A DNA stretch of 59,277 nt, counting the filler, from Sphacelaria rigidula (Eukaryota), in assembly GCA_964200075.2 (NCBI GenBank). It is 7 parts of 7 records of this genome, joined end to end, with 100 filler letters (N's around TTAATTAATTAA, not from the genome) between each part and the next. Parts side by side here need not be neighbours in the genome. Positions count along the whole stretch, not along the records: positions 16,968 to 25,350 come from CAXNAA020011318.1; positions 25,451 to 33,832 come from CAXNAA020011319.1; positions 33,933 to 42,314 come from CAXNAA020011320.1; 4 more parts are not named here. One strand, written 5' to 3'. The notes under the pieces are model-generated. The model saw only the letters and a program-made list of their open reading frames with translations, searched no databases and was not told where the DNA came from. A program made the position numbers and the translations under genes. Shown one piece after another: positions 23,611-36,752 of this stretch (position 1 is the stretch's first letter; each line of letters opens with the position of its first letter).

Positions 23611-25023
23611 ACAAAGACTGTCGTGTGTGGATGATGAGGTATCACTTGAACGATGCGCGTGAGTGGTGGGTGTCTGTGCGTGTTTTTTCAGGGCTGGGTG
23701 TGTAGGTGTTGTGCTCCATTATTGCATCTTGCCGGCAGCATTACACAGACCATGGACCTGCTTGGACTAACGACCACTTCCACACCCGCCGCATTCCTCA
23801 ACCTATGTGCAGATCTGGGTTCCAAGTTTTTGAGTTTGAGCGCCACTTGTACAAACGACAAACCTGCCCGCGCGCAACGGTGGAAAGAAGGATTGAAATC
23901 TGGAACCCACGCAGCAGGTTTGAACGACGAGCAATTTTGCAGCACCTCTACTGTCCATAAGCGCTCACCTCACTTATGTACTTACGGGAACACCGCATGC
24001 AGCACTGCAACTGTTCAGGCACTCTCCAGCGCACATCACACCATGTTCGTCGTAGAGTGTTCAAATGCACAACAGTACAGCGACAACTACAGCATAGAAA
24101 TAATGAGTGCGGGAAGCGCCCCGTTTGAAATCAGCCGAAGAACTATAACATGGGACATGTCTTGTCTAACTGTACTGCAGCACAAACACACTCACTTCCG
24201 CTCTCATGTGCAGAAGCTATCACTGTTCTGGGGTGTGTTTGGACCTTGCAAAGACGGTTTGGTCTCCGCTGAGATTGCTTGACGTGCTGTATTGTTGTGT
24301 TCGTCTCTCTGTAACATATAGTATCAGTCAGCACGCAGTGCTGCCTACACACTCAACTGTTGAAAATTTCATGTTACCCGGACCCATCACTTGCGCGATA
24401 ACGAACACGGCTGGGTAAAGGCGCACAACCAGCACCAGTATACACCGCTCGACCGGCTGAGCCAGACCCCATGGTCCAATGAAAGGAGCGACGCACAGCA
24501 CAGTGCGGATATACTGCACCGCGAGGGTACTGCTTGCACCCGTCAGCATGATGGCTGCTGCCGTTGGCATCGGCGCCAGCGCTCGAGGCCACCGCAAGAT
24601 TAATTTTGCAACAAGAGAAGCTGATGCATACTGTATAAAGTCCGTCTTCAGGTTCTAAAACTACAAAAAAACACTGCAGAACTGCCGTGTTGTCTCGTGT
24701 TCAGTGTAGTACTCGCACTCCATATACCCCTGCAGAATTGTCTTGTGTTCAGTGTAGTACTCTGTACTCCATATAATAGCGTCATGTTTTGAGCAGTCTT
24801 TCGGAAAGTTCTACTTGTTTTTTTACAAGTTCTCCTTGTTTTTGTTCAAGTATTCCGAAAAAAAACGAGAGTGTTTTCTGTCACAGAAATCTAATGCCGA
24901 ATCTGAAATAGCCTGAGACAACAACCAATTTGAAAATTGGAATTCCAAGTTTGAAAACGCATATTCCATGTTTTTGTCGCTCGTCAGCGTTTTGCCCGTC
25001 AATGGATCTACAAGGACCGCGAC

Positions 25024-25350
25024 ATGAGAGGCCTGTACAAACACCTCAAGAGATCGGTGGGTCTTGGTGGAAGGCAATCCGGGCGGCAGCAGTTCTTAAA
25101 GGATGAGAACGGCGTCCTTCTGAGGAACAAAATTGCCATCCTTAAACGGTGGGCGAAATTTTTCCGCACCCTGCTTAACGCCAAATCGCTAACACTGAAC
25201 CCAGCCATCGTCGAGGAGGTGAAGCAGCGACCGGCAGCGTCAACCACTGGGGATTCAGTATCGCTCGGGGCAGCACCAACACTGGAGGAAACTAGACGAG
25301 CAGTCCGGGGGATGCACAACTGGAAAGCGCCAGGACACGACTCCCTCCCG
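25024..25350 (+). mobile_element. RTE-clade LINE fragment (linker before RT)
   Basis: LKDENG.LL...ILKRW..FF..LLN ... PTLEE..RAV..M.N.KAPG.D.LP; cut by the contig end. Confidence 0.85.
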
Positions 25351-25739
25351 NNNNNNNNNNNNNNNNNNNNNNNNNNNNNNNNNNNNNNNNNNNNTTAATT
25401 AATTAANNNNNNNNNNNNNNNNNNNNNNNNNNNNNNNNNNNNNNNNNNNNTAGACCCAGATAAAAACTCACAAAACGCGATACAAGCTCAACAGGAATAA
25501 ATAATAAAGAAGAAAGGGAGTACATATGGCTAACTTCAGAAGATCCGGTGCCGCAGGTGGCCATTCGGACTCACTCGGTTTTTCAACTAGACGCGTGACA
25601 AGTAGGAATGAACACAGAGTCCGACTACGGGCGAGGCTCAAGGCCCCAAATACCGCCAACCAAAGAACTAAAGAACTAAGAATCGCAGCGTTCCATCTTG
25701 CGGCTTCTTGAGGGACAGCCGTACGTACAAGCATACCAG

Positions 25740-26250
25740 GTGTATCGGTACCGGTGTGAAAGTCCTACAGAATTTGCAGAACTGTCGGGTACCTGTAGAA
25801 AAGTCTTACACAAATTACAGGACTTGTCGGGTACGGTATGGCAGGCTCACAGAAAACCGGTACCAGTAATCGGGTAGCTCTTTTAGGGCATACCCGCCCC
25901 TCGGGTTAGGGTAGAGTTTTTGTACGGAACTCACAGAACTGTCGGGTAAGGGTATGATGGGAGGCTTACAGAACATACAAAAACTGTCGGGTAGGGTATG
26001 GAGGTTGCACAGAAAACCGTTCCCGCAACCGTGTATCTTATCAAGAGCATACCCGTGCCCCCCGGTTACGGTACGGGAGGCTTACAGAACTTACAGAATT
26101 ATCGGGTAAGGGTATGAAGGCCTTACAGAGATTACAGAACTGTTGGGTATTGGTACTTAAAACTTACAGAGTTTATAGCACTGTCGAATACGGTAAGAAC
26201 CCGACAAAATACCCCGGGTATACAGACAACCATACCCTAGAGAACACGAC
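25740..26250. repeat. Degenerate tandem repeat (ACAGAACTGTCGGGTAAGGGTATG-like)
   Basis: Recurring ACAGAA...TCGGGTA(A/C)GG(G)TATG motifs at irregular spacing. Confidence 0.7.
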
Positions 26251-27339
26251 CTTAGTGATATCATCACTCCTGTGGTGGGACCTACGTCACTACAACAGTG
26301 GCGAAATACTGATGACAGTTCACGAGAACTCTGAACGGCTTCACGGGGTATGTAGAGAAACGCTACACGAACGATCGCAGTAGAACATGTGCACCGAATC
26401 GCCAATAACGTATATCGGCTTCACATACACTCCGAGAGAGTATATGAAGGAGCATTCACAGCTACCCGTTCTCTGGAAGTCCTTCGGCACGGGACAAATT
26501 CACCGACGGCCTTGACTTTCGGTGGCAACTCATAGTCGGCCATGCACATGTCGATAACGGCCTGGGGTTTGATGACCACGACACGAACACCATCAACGTC
26601 GATGACGTGCGTCTTGTTATTTGATCTCCTTGTGGCGCAGATGAACTGCCCCCGCTCGAGCGACCACTCAAGTCTGGGGGTGATTCATCCTGACGGTCTA
26701 CAGTGCTGCTCATGTTTCGTGTTTTCACTCAGCGGTACCTCGTATCCCGTCAGATCCCAAACTAAATAACTTTTCAACATTGAATTAGTGTTGGTGTGCA
26801 GTTTTGAATGAAGGCGTTGGGTGGGTTTGTCGATGGAAGGTACATGTTCAGGTCATGAGGTCGTGTTTGATTTAATTGACGATCGTGGAGCTGAACAATA
26901 GTGCACGTCTACTTGGATTAAGTCGGGTACATGCGGTGCAGATTGACGAAGCATCATGGACTTCGAATCGCGTACGTCGATGGATTATGTTATGACTGGG
27001 TGTGGGAACAATTGGGGGAACCCACATGCGGTCCTCCCTACCATGGTCAGTTGTGTGTTTAGGGTGCATTTTGGTCAGTGTGCTTTGGGTTGGAGAGAGC
27101 AGCTCGGGTGGAGCGTGCACGGTTGATGTGTGGTGAGTGAAGGTTATAAGAGGTTAATACAAGAAGAAGGTATACACATTCCCCTGGCCAGAGCGCGTCC
27201 CCTACGGGATCATCCCTTTATCAAATACGCTAGCGAGTTTGAAACGGGTAGACAGCAGCCGGAGTAGCAGGGAAGTAAGAAGAGAGTTTGAGCAATATTC
27301 AGCAGCAAATTTTAGCGCTTGAACCAGCTCGAGGCAAAA

Positions 27340-27830
27340 TTCACCAGTACTTCGTAGCGCTTGAGCCTGCAAGGAGAGTCACGCAGTTAGCGTTTGTTAC
27401 GGTCAGGCAAAATTCAGCAGCACTTTATAGCGCTTGAGCCTTCAAAGAGAGTCACGCAGTTAGCGTTTGTTACGGTCAGGCAAAATTCAGCAGCCCTTTA
27501 TAGTGTTTGAGCCATCAAAGAGAGTCACGCAGTTAGCGCTAGTTACGGCCAGGCAAAATTCAGCAGCACTTTATAGCGCTTGAGCCATCAAAGAGAGTCA
27601 CGCAGTTAGCGTTTGTTACGGTCAGGCAAAATTCAGCAGCACTTTATAGCGCTTGAGCCATCAAAAAGAGTCACGCAGTTAGCGTTTGTTACAATTCGAA
27701 CAATAAAGCAGCACTTTATAGCGCTTGAGCCATCAAAGAGAGTCACGCAGTTAGCGTTTGTTACAATTCGAACAATAGAGCAGCATTTGATTGCGCTCGA
27801 ATCAACAAGGAAGGGAGTCAACAAGTGAGA
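27340..27830 (+). repeat. 72-73-bp tandem array (about 6 copies) upstream of a Copia gag
   Basis: Unit GGTCAGGCAAAATTCAGCAGCACTTTATAGCGCTTGAGCCATCAAAGAGAGTCACGCAGTTAGCGTTTGTTAC starts at 27401, 27474, 27547 and 27620, followed by variant copies. Confidence 0.92.
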
Positions 27831-27897
27831 GGTCAAGAAGAGTTTGAGTCAAACAATTCATTAACAAGTAACAGTAGTAGATAATAAAAGTCGATAC

Positions 27898-30101
27898 ATG
27901 GCTAACATGAAGTACAGTACTGAAGAGTTAACGGAAAAGCTCAGGCGGATGGAGGTAGAGCAGTCCGAAAAACTACGAATCATGGAAGAAACACAGGCAG
28001 AGCTTATCGAGGCCGCAAAACGCGATGCTATTGCAGAGTACGAAAGAGATAGGAGTATACATTTGGGCGCAGGCGCACAAGGTAATCCCACGGTGGGTAC
28101 AACACACCGCGAGCAGGAGAACAACCCACGTTTCTTTCCAGAGTTCCGAAGCGACAACTTCACGGGAGGGCAACGTGCCCCTCTCAACTTTGTAAGAGTA
28201 CGCAACAATACGAGCATTCACCCATGGGACGGTACAGTAAAAGCAGGGGAAAATTTTAAGTCCAAGTTTCGTGTGTTTGAAGTTCAGATGATCGGATATT
28301 TTCGTGCCGAGAAATGCTATGACGCTCTGTTTGTTCAAGACGCCATTCGAGTGTTCCATGGAAGAGAAGAAGAGTTGATAAGGCAGCATGGGTTCAGGGC
28401 AGTACAGGAAGCTCAACGTACCCACGATATACTCCTCGAAAAAATCACCGCTCCCGTAATGGTAGAAAACTTTGCGATGTTTGGTTCGCCTAGTGAGTCT
28501 TGGGATTATTGTGTTTAGTATTATACCGTTTCGCCTACCACTGAGAAGGCACGTCTTAAATCAAAAACGTCATCTACACTACCCGTGACATGAACCGTAG
28601 TGCCTGTATCCACGAGCCATTCTTCTGCATTTTCATCCTTACCACATACAGTACCACCACCCAGTACATCATACCTACGTGGATCGTAATCACCAAGCCG
28701 AAAACGAGACTCGCCTGCGGGCATGGTACGCGCCATGAATAGCCGTGGATGTTCCCCAGTATGCGTATCGGGAGAGGCAGCAGATGTAGCTGGGGGGGCT
28801 CGCGGCTGTTGTTGCTGTTACTGTTGCTGTTGGTCGTGATGTGGATCTTTGGTCTGGTATTATTGTTGATGATGGCTGTTGTCCGGGTGAGGATAGTAGT
28901 AAGAGTAATGCTCCTGACCCGGCGGGTGATATTGTTGGGAATGTTGCTGTTGGGGCTGTGTTCGATGTGACGATGGCTCATGATTCTGCACGTAGTGGGC
29001 ATATCCAGCATCACTGAAGTCGTCTCTGCCCGGTGGGGTGAAGTGTTCGTCAGTAGTCGGTGGCTCACTATACTGTACAAGGTTTGCACGCGAGTGAGAC
29101 ACCCTAGAATGTCGGGAGTCGTTGAAGTGGCGTGGATCGTTGGTGTGATGGTTACGTGGGGGTGGTGTCCCCCGTGATGCGGGGCACGCTGGTCTCCGTG
29201 AGGATATCGATTGCCACGTCGGCTATCAACATGACTGCGCCCGTCGCCTCGTGTGTGACAGATCGTGCAATTGGGAACATTACATGATGAAGGTTGAGAG
29301 GTTGAATTGGGGTTGTGGTCGTTGTGTGGGTCATGTGGGGATGTAAAATGTGATCGGGAATAAGGCCTTGGCGACGGTTCATGGTCATAGTGGTGGTGTG
29401 AAGTCGAATTCCCAGTTCGGTCAGATCCATACTCCCGGCAGTGATGGTTCCGCCTGCCCCCCCTGCCTCCGCGTCGCCTCCCCGATACGTCACTGTGGGA
29501 TACATCTCGAGCTATAGCGGACAAGGCATGGTTAGTCGGAGAGTCTATCCTGCTGCTCGACAGTTCCAACTCTGCGTGTGCAGTTTTCACCGTTCGGTGA
29601 AAGGTCTCAGTATCGATATCTGGCATGCCGAGGAGAATTCCTCTCTGGATCTGATACTCCGATGACAGCCTGCGTGCGTAATGCCTGTTTGCATCAGACT
29701 CCGAAATTACATGACCAAAATGGTGTCTCTTCTGGCGGATCAGATTCGCCCTATTTCAAAATACCAAAGGGCTTTCGCCCGGGGACATCTGCAGGCATGA
29801 CCATTCGTGCTCAGGACCCCCTCCTCAGGGCATGGAATGTTGCGTGATGGGTAACGGGACCAGACTTCCTGTGAAGGCAGGAGGTAACTTGAACTTGACA
29901 TTTCACATGAGATCTTTGGATGTCTCAGTCCCCTCAAGTGACTTCCCAATACAGTTGACCGATGTCTACGTCGTGGAGGGTGTCAAGTTCAATATTTTCT
30001 CCCTTCACCACATGCAGGAGCGGCAGGGTATCGCTTTGAATTCCACTGGAATACATTTGTTCAGTGGCAGATTACGATTTGACCGCAAATCGGGGATTTA
30101 A
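27898..30101 (+). mobile_element. Truncated Copia gag-protease region with an internal inversion (about 28558-29812)
   Basis: gag N-terminus on +; gag remainder and WLVDTGTTVHVT protease motif on -; protease C-half (GNGTRLPV..LTDVYVVEG..FNIFS) on +. Confidence 0.85.
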
Positions 30102-32169
30102 TCACAGATAGCGACGCGTCTTCGCCCGTACAGCGTTAGTAAGTCTGATCGCTCGAATACTGTAGTTTCGACTCCCTCGAGTACTGTAGTTTTGCCCTAC
30201 ATTGTAAGTGTTACGGATCGCGGCGTGATGCGGTGGAAAGGGGGACAGTGCAATGATGGGCCGTTGATTCGGAACGAAGATACGCGTCCGGAGGGCTGAT
30301 TGCGGGAACTGGCTAGTACCTGCGGTCAGGCGTGAGGATGTTAAGTAATCCGTCAAGATACGGAGTACATAAACATGCATCTTACATCTGGTTGAATCCG
30401 ATTCTTTCTAAGAATCGGTGCAATGCTATGATGCCCTGGTGTTCAGAACTTCTCGAGAAGACTCTGGCTATCAACACCACCAAGAAACAAAAGAAATTGA
30501 ATCACCTGAAGCTGTGAACAAGGATATCCTGACGATCGACGTGTACTGTACTGCGTTGGACTGTCTCCCCACGTGCTGTGAGCTTACGATTGTTACAAGG
30601 TTAACGGTGAGACGGTTTGGAGCTTGAGTACTTTATGAACATATGTGAAGGGATCGACCTGTAGTAAATGAATATGAACGAACTCGTGCACAAATGAATT
30701 GCAGTCAAATAATAAGTAGAATGAAAGGTCCCACACGAAATAGTGAATTTCGTAAGCGTTGACCGAAGTTTTGTTGTTTGCCTAGTTCAGTGATCAACCT
30801 GCACTGTAGAGTTAAGCAAATGCTGACAACGACTGGAGACTGCCGTGTACTTGTATCATGGCGCTTCTTACCGGGAATATTGCGTTCGATCATATCATCT
30901 TCGGTGCGGCTCAAGCCAGGAGAGGTAAAATGTTCAGGAAATGTCCACCGAGAACCTCAATTTTCTTTTTAATAAAGAGAGAAAAACATGTGCGTTTTCA
31001 CCACTCGCCGTAAGTTAGCAAGGGCATCACGTGACGAAACAAATAATCGGCCATCATGATGCGCACTGGGTGATGCGCGCTGGGAGCGACGCGCTCGTGC
31101 TCACGCTTACGACGGCACAAAGGTAATCAAGCGACGGAGACCGCTATAGTGGTTCCCACCGCGCTTGGGGCAAAGTGAAGAAACGCAATCAGTCGTATTA
31201 AAAATAATCGATGTACTCTTGACCATGACAGGTACCCCGCAAAAATAACTGCGAGATACAATGCTGCTTAGGCGAAGATTTCAATTCTGCCGCGTACGTA
31301 CGGAATGAGTGAAGTGTGACTCGTTGCGTGAAGCAACAGCGGGCAAGAGCTATGCTTCTGTCATGAAACGCCTGCAGAACTCCACATGCCATCACATCAA
31401 TTAACGAGATTATCATCCCAGGATCATAGACCGAACAACGCACAATAGAGCAAGAGGAATGATAGCCTGAACCGGAAGCCACAAAGATTTGCACTTGCGA
31501 GAAAGATGCTTCAAGATGAAGCAGCTGCAGGCGGAAATTTACGTTTGCCGTGCGTACTGCTGTAATAAGTGGAGCTTGTAAATGCGCCACCCATGACGCG
31601 AGTCAGTGGGCACATACCCACATAAATAACAGTATGACTTCGGGATATTGTATGTCTGCTGAGACTCAACCGAAGAAAGAAAACATGAAGTGATACAGGA
31701 GCTGAGGCCACGAGATGAACCTCAAGACTAAGGCCCATTCGGGTGTGCTTGCGCCTCTTGAAGATGCGTGTCCACAACATTAGCGTAGCGATATCGCTCA
31801 CAGCGTGACTGGGGAGGTGGAGGTGCAGTTATTATCGCCATGCTTTACGCACGTATCTTGAGGCAGATGAAACGGATGCGCGCCCATATCAGCAATACGG
31901 TAGCAAGGTAGACGGCACAAAAGTGATATTTTGTCAAGAAGAGTTGATTTCAGCGCCGCACCCGCTCCAGGCTTACTGCACAACCTGCGCGTAGGTGGCT
32001 ATGAACGAGTCCTGTGCGCGATGCATTTAGGCAAAGTAAAACGGCGTGCCGCCCACGCACTTCGATTCGATGCTCTTACAGTTCAGATTCAGAATCTTCA
32101 GGTATTCTTGATTGAGCAGGAAGCGCGGAGTTGATGTCGGAAGGTATGAGTCTCTACACGTCGTATCCG

Positions 32170-32610
32170 TTTAATGCAATAGCTGCACGCACGAGTTTTG
32201 GTGCGCAATACAGCTGGCAGGAGCAATGTAGCGTTGTATGCACCCATTATGTTGCACACTGTGTTACACATGAACGCCGCCCCGGTTAAATGCACTATGC
32301 CCCACATAATTACCGTCCGCTAATGCGCGACACTGGTACATTGGGTCGGTGTTACATCAAATGTTGCCAGAGATTATTGGCACCGCTCGTTGTCTCCCTT
32401 AAATGCAACACAGCCGCGCGCACGATTTTTGATGCGTGATACAGCTGGCGGGAGCAACGTGACGCTGGCTACACCAATTAGCAAATATTGTATTGTTGTA
32501 CATGAACGCCGCACCGGTTAAATGAACTATGCATCACCGAATTGCTGTCCGATAATGCGCGACACTGGCCCAGCGGGTCGGTGTTACCTCGAACTTCATC
32601 AGATTTTAGT
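32170..32610. repeat. Diverged tandem duplication of about 230 bp
   Basis: Blocks TACAGCTGGC.GGAGCAA, ACATGAACGCCGC.CCGGTTAAATG and TAATGCGCGACACTGG...GGGTCGGTGTTAC each occur twice. Confidence 0.8.
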
Positions 32611-34627
32611 GGCAGCGATGGGGCGGAGAACCGAAACAACCAGGGGGGTATTCACAGCAAGCAACTGCTGATGTGGGCTGTTGATTGAGAGTAATGAGCG
32701 CCGACGTGTGCGTTACACACCAAGCCGATGCTGCTGTTATACCCTCCCGTTTGGTTTTAGCGGAAAAACTGAGATGCCGCACCTCGCTTCATGCTTTGAG
32801 TGACACGAGTGCTACTTCCACACGTGGACAGATAGCACCCTGTGGGGCGCACTGTGCAGGGTCCATACAGGGTCCTCCACAGTCTTTGTGAAAAAACCCT
32901 GACAGTGAAATGCAAAATCTGTACCCGTCGCAGCGTTTTGATAGGGTTTTCCCCAGGGTTGGATTTGCAGCGCTGTGTAGGCACGTCGGCAAAGCCCTGC
33001 ACAGTCATGTGGTCGTGTTTTGGTGAAAAAACCTCAAGTGCTTTTTCTTCGAAAATTCCAAATATTTTGGTACAAAATCTGTAAATTTATATATCTTCAA
33101 TACCTTGTCCTCCTGTCCGAGGTAAATTCCTCTTCCCCCGATTTGAGTCGAGCGAAAACGAATTTATTTAGGACAGCAGATCAAGCTAGATCCAAAACAG
33201 ATCCTTTTCTCGCCCGATTAATTTCGGCAAAGGAAAGGATTCATTTAGAACTCCAGAAGGAGCTGTTCAAGATCGATCCATTTTTCGCCCATTTTCGAGA
33301 TGAGCGAAAAAGAATCTATTTTGAACAGCTCCTTTTGCTGCTCAAATCCCATTCACACTGGCAGATTCCGAATTTGACCGGCAGAAGAAGCTCGAAATGA
33401 ATAATTACTTTTCCCTCCGATTCATCCAGAGTGGGGGAAACGAAATTCATGGCGAGCTCGTTAGCTGCTGGGCAAATCCCGCATACTGCATCGTCACCGG
33501 CGCATGGGATCCGAAACGCAGAAAAAGTTGCTGAAAGGTATTCATCCTTTTACCCCGGAGTCCATGTATACATGGGCTGAAGGATGAATAGCTCTCTACC
33601 GCTTTCCCTGAACAGAGATCCCACCCGTCGGCTGCGTGGGTATGTCCGCACCTGTGCTACGTGTAAAGCCCCTGGGAAGGTGGAATGTAGGTGATGGGAT
33701 ATACCTCATTGAACTAATTACATTTTCCCCAAAACCCCGTTATCCATTGTCTACCAACACGAACCATGTTTAGAAAATATCACTAATAATAAATCGTATA
33801 TGAATAGTATATATATATCTGGACCATCACTTNNNNNNNNNNNNNNNNNNNNNNNNNNNNNNNNNNNNNNNNNNNNTTAATTAATTAANNNNNNNNNNNN
33901 NNNNNNNNNNNNNNNNNNNNNNNNNNNNNNNNTACCTTCTCATTTTTCTGGCAACCCTGTTTAATACTAAAAACTAACTGTACTGCAGTATGGTTGCGTT
34001 CTTGCATTCCTTGACAAAAACTACGCTTCCCGCGCCTCGTACACAGCTCATGATAAGTAGAGCATAATGGTGGCGTTTATATCATGGATATCCGTTTTTG
34101 AACTGGTACAGTATACTATTTGGTACAGCACGCAGCATCGGTAGTACTGGATCGAAAAAAGACTGGTTCACCACACCTCCAAGTGCAACGACGATGGATT
34201 CGTTGGCATCTCTTCTTCGTATTTTCGAACAAACCGTGATGAAACATGAGGAGTAATACCATGGCGGACTGCTACAGGGGAGCCGCTGTAGTGAATAGAC
34301 GCGCTGGCACGATGTCGGCAACACGGAGAAAGCACGCGCTGCGAGTAGCGCGCGTGCTGCTGGAAAATAACGCTCTACGCGCGTTCAGTTTGATTTAATG
34401 TTTTTTTCAGTTCAATGCAGAGGTTAGTTAACCTATGGGTGTGGAGCCAACACTGCGTACCAACCGCAGCTTGACGCGTTCGGCGGTACTACCTGCTCAC
34501 AGCACAGCGGCAGGGTGCAGGGTGACAAAGCACACCGCAGGACGCCACATCCTTAGCTTATCCCTGTCCTGCGTTGAGTTCGCGTTGTCCTATGCACTTC
34601 GCACATCATGAATCCAGCCGCTTGTAC

Positions 34628-34868
34628 CGCACGGGTGGCCACTGGGGTCTGTAACCTGGCCTTTTTGGGACCTCATCCACATTTGGTAAGGTCCGCGGAT
34701 TGGGTGGACAACTGAAGAGCATTCGCACATAGACTGGGGCATGTTTTGTTCCGAACCTGTCCATGCTGTGCGAATGCTCCTCAGTTGTCCACCCAATCCG
34801 CGGACCTTACCAAAGGTGGATAAGGTCCCAAAATGACCAGGTTACAGACCCCAGTGGCCACTCGTGCG
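34628..34868. repeat. Long near-perfect inverted repeat (hairpin)
   Basis: Arms of about 102 bp with about 6 mismatches and a short loop. Confidence 0.92.
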
Positions 34869-36752
34869 CGGCCAATGCGTACGCAGGATATCACACCTCG
34901 CTACGGGCTTCAGTATATTTCTACGTTACTTTTTGTGAAGCTGTCCGTGTTGCAGCTACAGCGTGCGTTTACCCCAGGTGGGGCACGCAGGAGTGGAAGG
35001 CCGCCTGCGCCGCTGTAAGGCTGACTGTATCTTGGGCGAAGCTATATGGTTACACAGCTGCGGCTGGTGCGCCCAAATATATACCGAAAGGTGGAGACCG
35101 GCGCCCAGAATGGATGGGATGACAACACATTGATTTTAGTCAGTACACTTTCAACAACGTTTCCGTCCTGACTGTTGAAATCTTTTATCCACGGTTGGGT
35201 ACATTTCCATATATAATGTAGGGTCTGGTACATCTCGACTCATAATGTAATGGGGGGTCTGGAATATTTATACTTCCACCTGCCCATGTATGTGATATCG
35301 AGAAAAAATCCGCAACATCTGGGCGAACTGCAGGTGAGGCAATCGCCAAAATATTCACCTGCAAACTCTGCTCCAGTGTACTGTAAGTTGACATCGCTAG
35401 AAGGACACTACCACAACAACCTCGCCGGCTACCAGACTATCAGGACATAGGAACCACTATCATTGCTACTGTCTGTACGGGGGTGTTGCCCCCTTGTGAG
35501 GTACGTTTTGGGGTATGATACTAGATGAAGATCATCCCTCCTTGTACATGGGCACCAAACGCTGGGGGTTCTCTCTCAAGACTTCGATTTGGAGGATGAA
35601 ACTAGGTAGGCATTTGCAATTGCTGCGTGTGGTGTCTGTTTGTCTGACGAAGTGATCCCCAAAAAACCGAACTCGATAGGGGTTTTAGAGTGGAAAAATC
35701 TAGCAAAAAAACTATCGCAAGTATCGGGTCGCCAAAATCCTGTCGCAAGAACGGAGTCGCCAAAAACCGCTTGGTCGAATTTTTACCCGCAGCGGGAACA
35801 AACTTCACTTCGTGAAATTGGAACTAGGAAAGATTACCCCCAATCAACTACACTCTCATTTTGGCGAAAAAGTTCATACACGTAAATGCAAGGATTATGT
35901 CGCACGCTCAAACAAAGGGAAGCAACGAGACACTAGCGCGTGAGTTCGCACAACAGGCTACAGTACGGCACAATTTGCAGTGCCCTGATGTACGCCAAGA
36001 GGATCCAGATATATCACTATGCTGAGCTATCCAAGAGTGTGCTATATGGCCAACGTGTCAACGGAGTGCGGATGCTAGGGTGGGGTCAATATCCAGAGGT
36101 AGCAAACAGGGAGCCCGTGACAGCGCTGAGGTGCGGAAACTCGAAGCCACGACCATATTCAGTACTGGGGTACTTGTTCATGAATTGCTTGTCCCACAAC
36201 ATGGCATAACCATGGTGTTACCTCTGGAAACCCCACGATCTTGCGCCCTCGATCGTTGCTCTGAAGTGTTGGCGAGAGTTAATTTGCCGACTGGGTGTGG
36301 CTTTGGAAAGATACACTTCATGTACAGACCGCAGATCGTCAGCAGAGTACGCGCTGTACAAGAGTCGCATGTGGGTCAAGTGGCCGCATGTTCGGTCTAG
36401 AGTGATCCCCAAACGACAGACTAGACGTCACAGGGAAGCCGTCTACATTTTGTCGAAGGCTCGCTACAAAAGTCATGTTACACAAAATTGACGATACCCC
36501 TACCAAGGTAATATCCATGCTTTCCCATCGCACCCTAGAGCTACACTCTACGGCATTGACGACAAGTCACATGTAGTCAGAAGTGAAATGTTCAGGCGAC
36601 CATACCAGTCACTTTAACATGCTTGTGTATACGACGAGCTGGTGAGCTTAATTGGCGTATCCTGCGAAAAGAGCGACGGGAGCGAAACGACACAATCTAC
36701 CGGGACTGGAAAAAAAACAACGGGCCACCACCATGACTGACGTGACCACCCT

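Noticed and set aside
23975..24030. USP Cys-box look-alike GNTACSTATVQAL on the + strand
   Set aside because: It is on the opposite strand to the His box and the Cys is misplaced by one; no evidence of an inversion. Likely chance.
27340..27830. CRISPR array or repeat-protein ORFs (27613-27836)
   Set aside because: Contiguous tandem units with no spacers; a 73-bp unit does not preserve the reading frame.
28574..29626. Stand-alone 350-aa His/Arg-rich gene
   Set aside because: Part of the inverted Copia gag-protease linker, with frameshifts.
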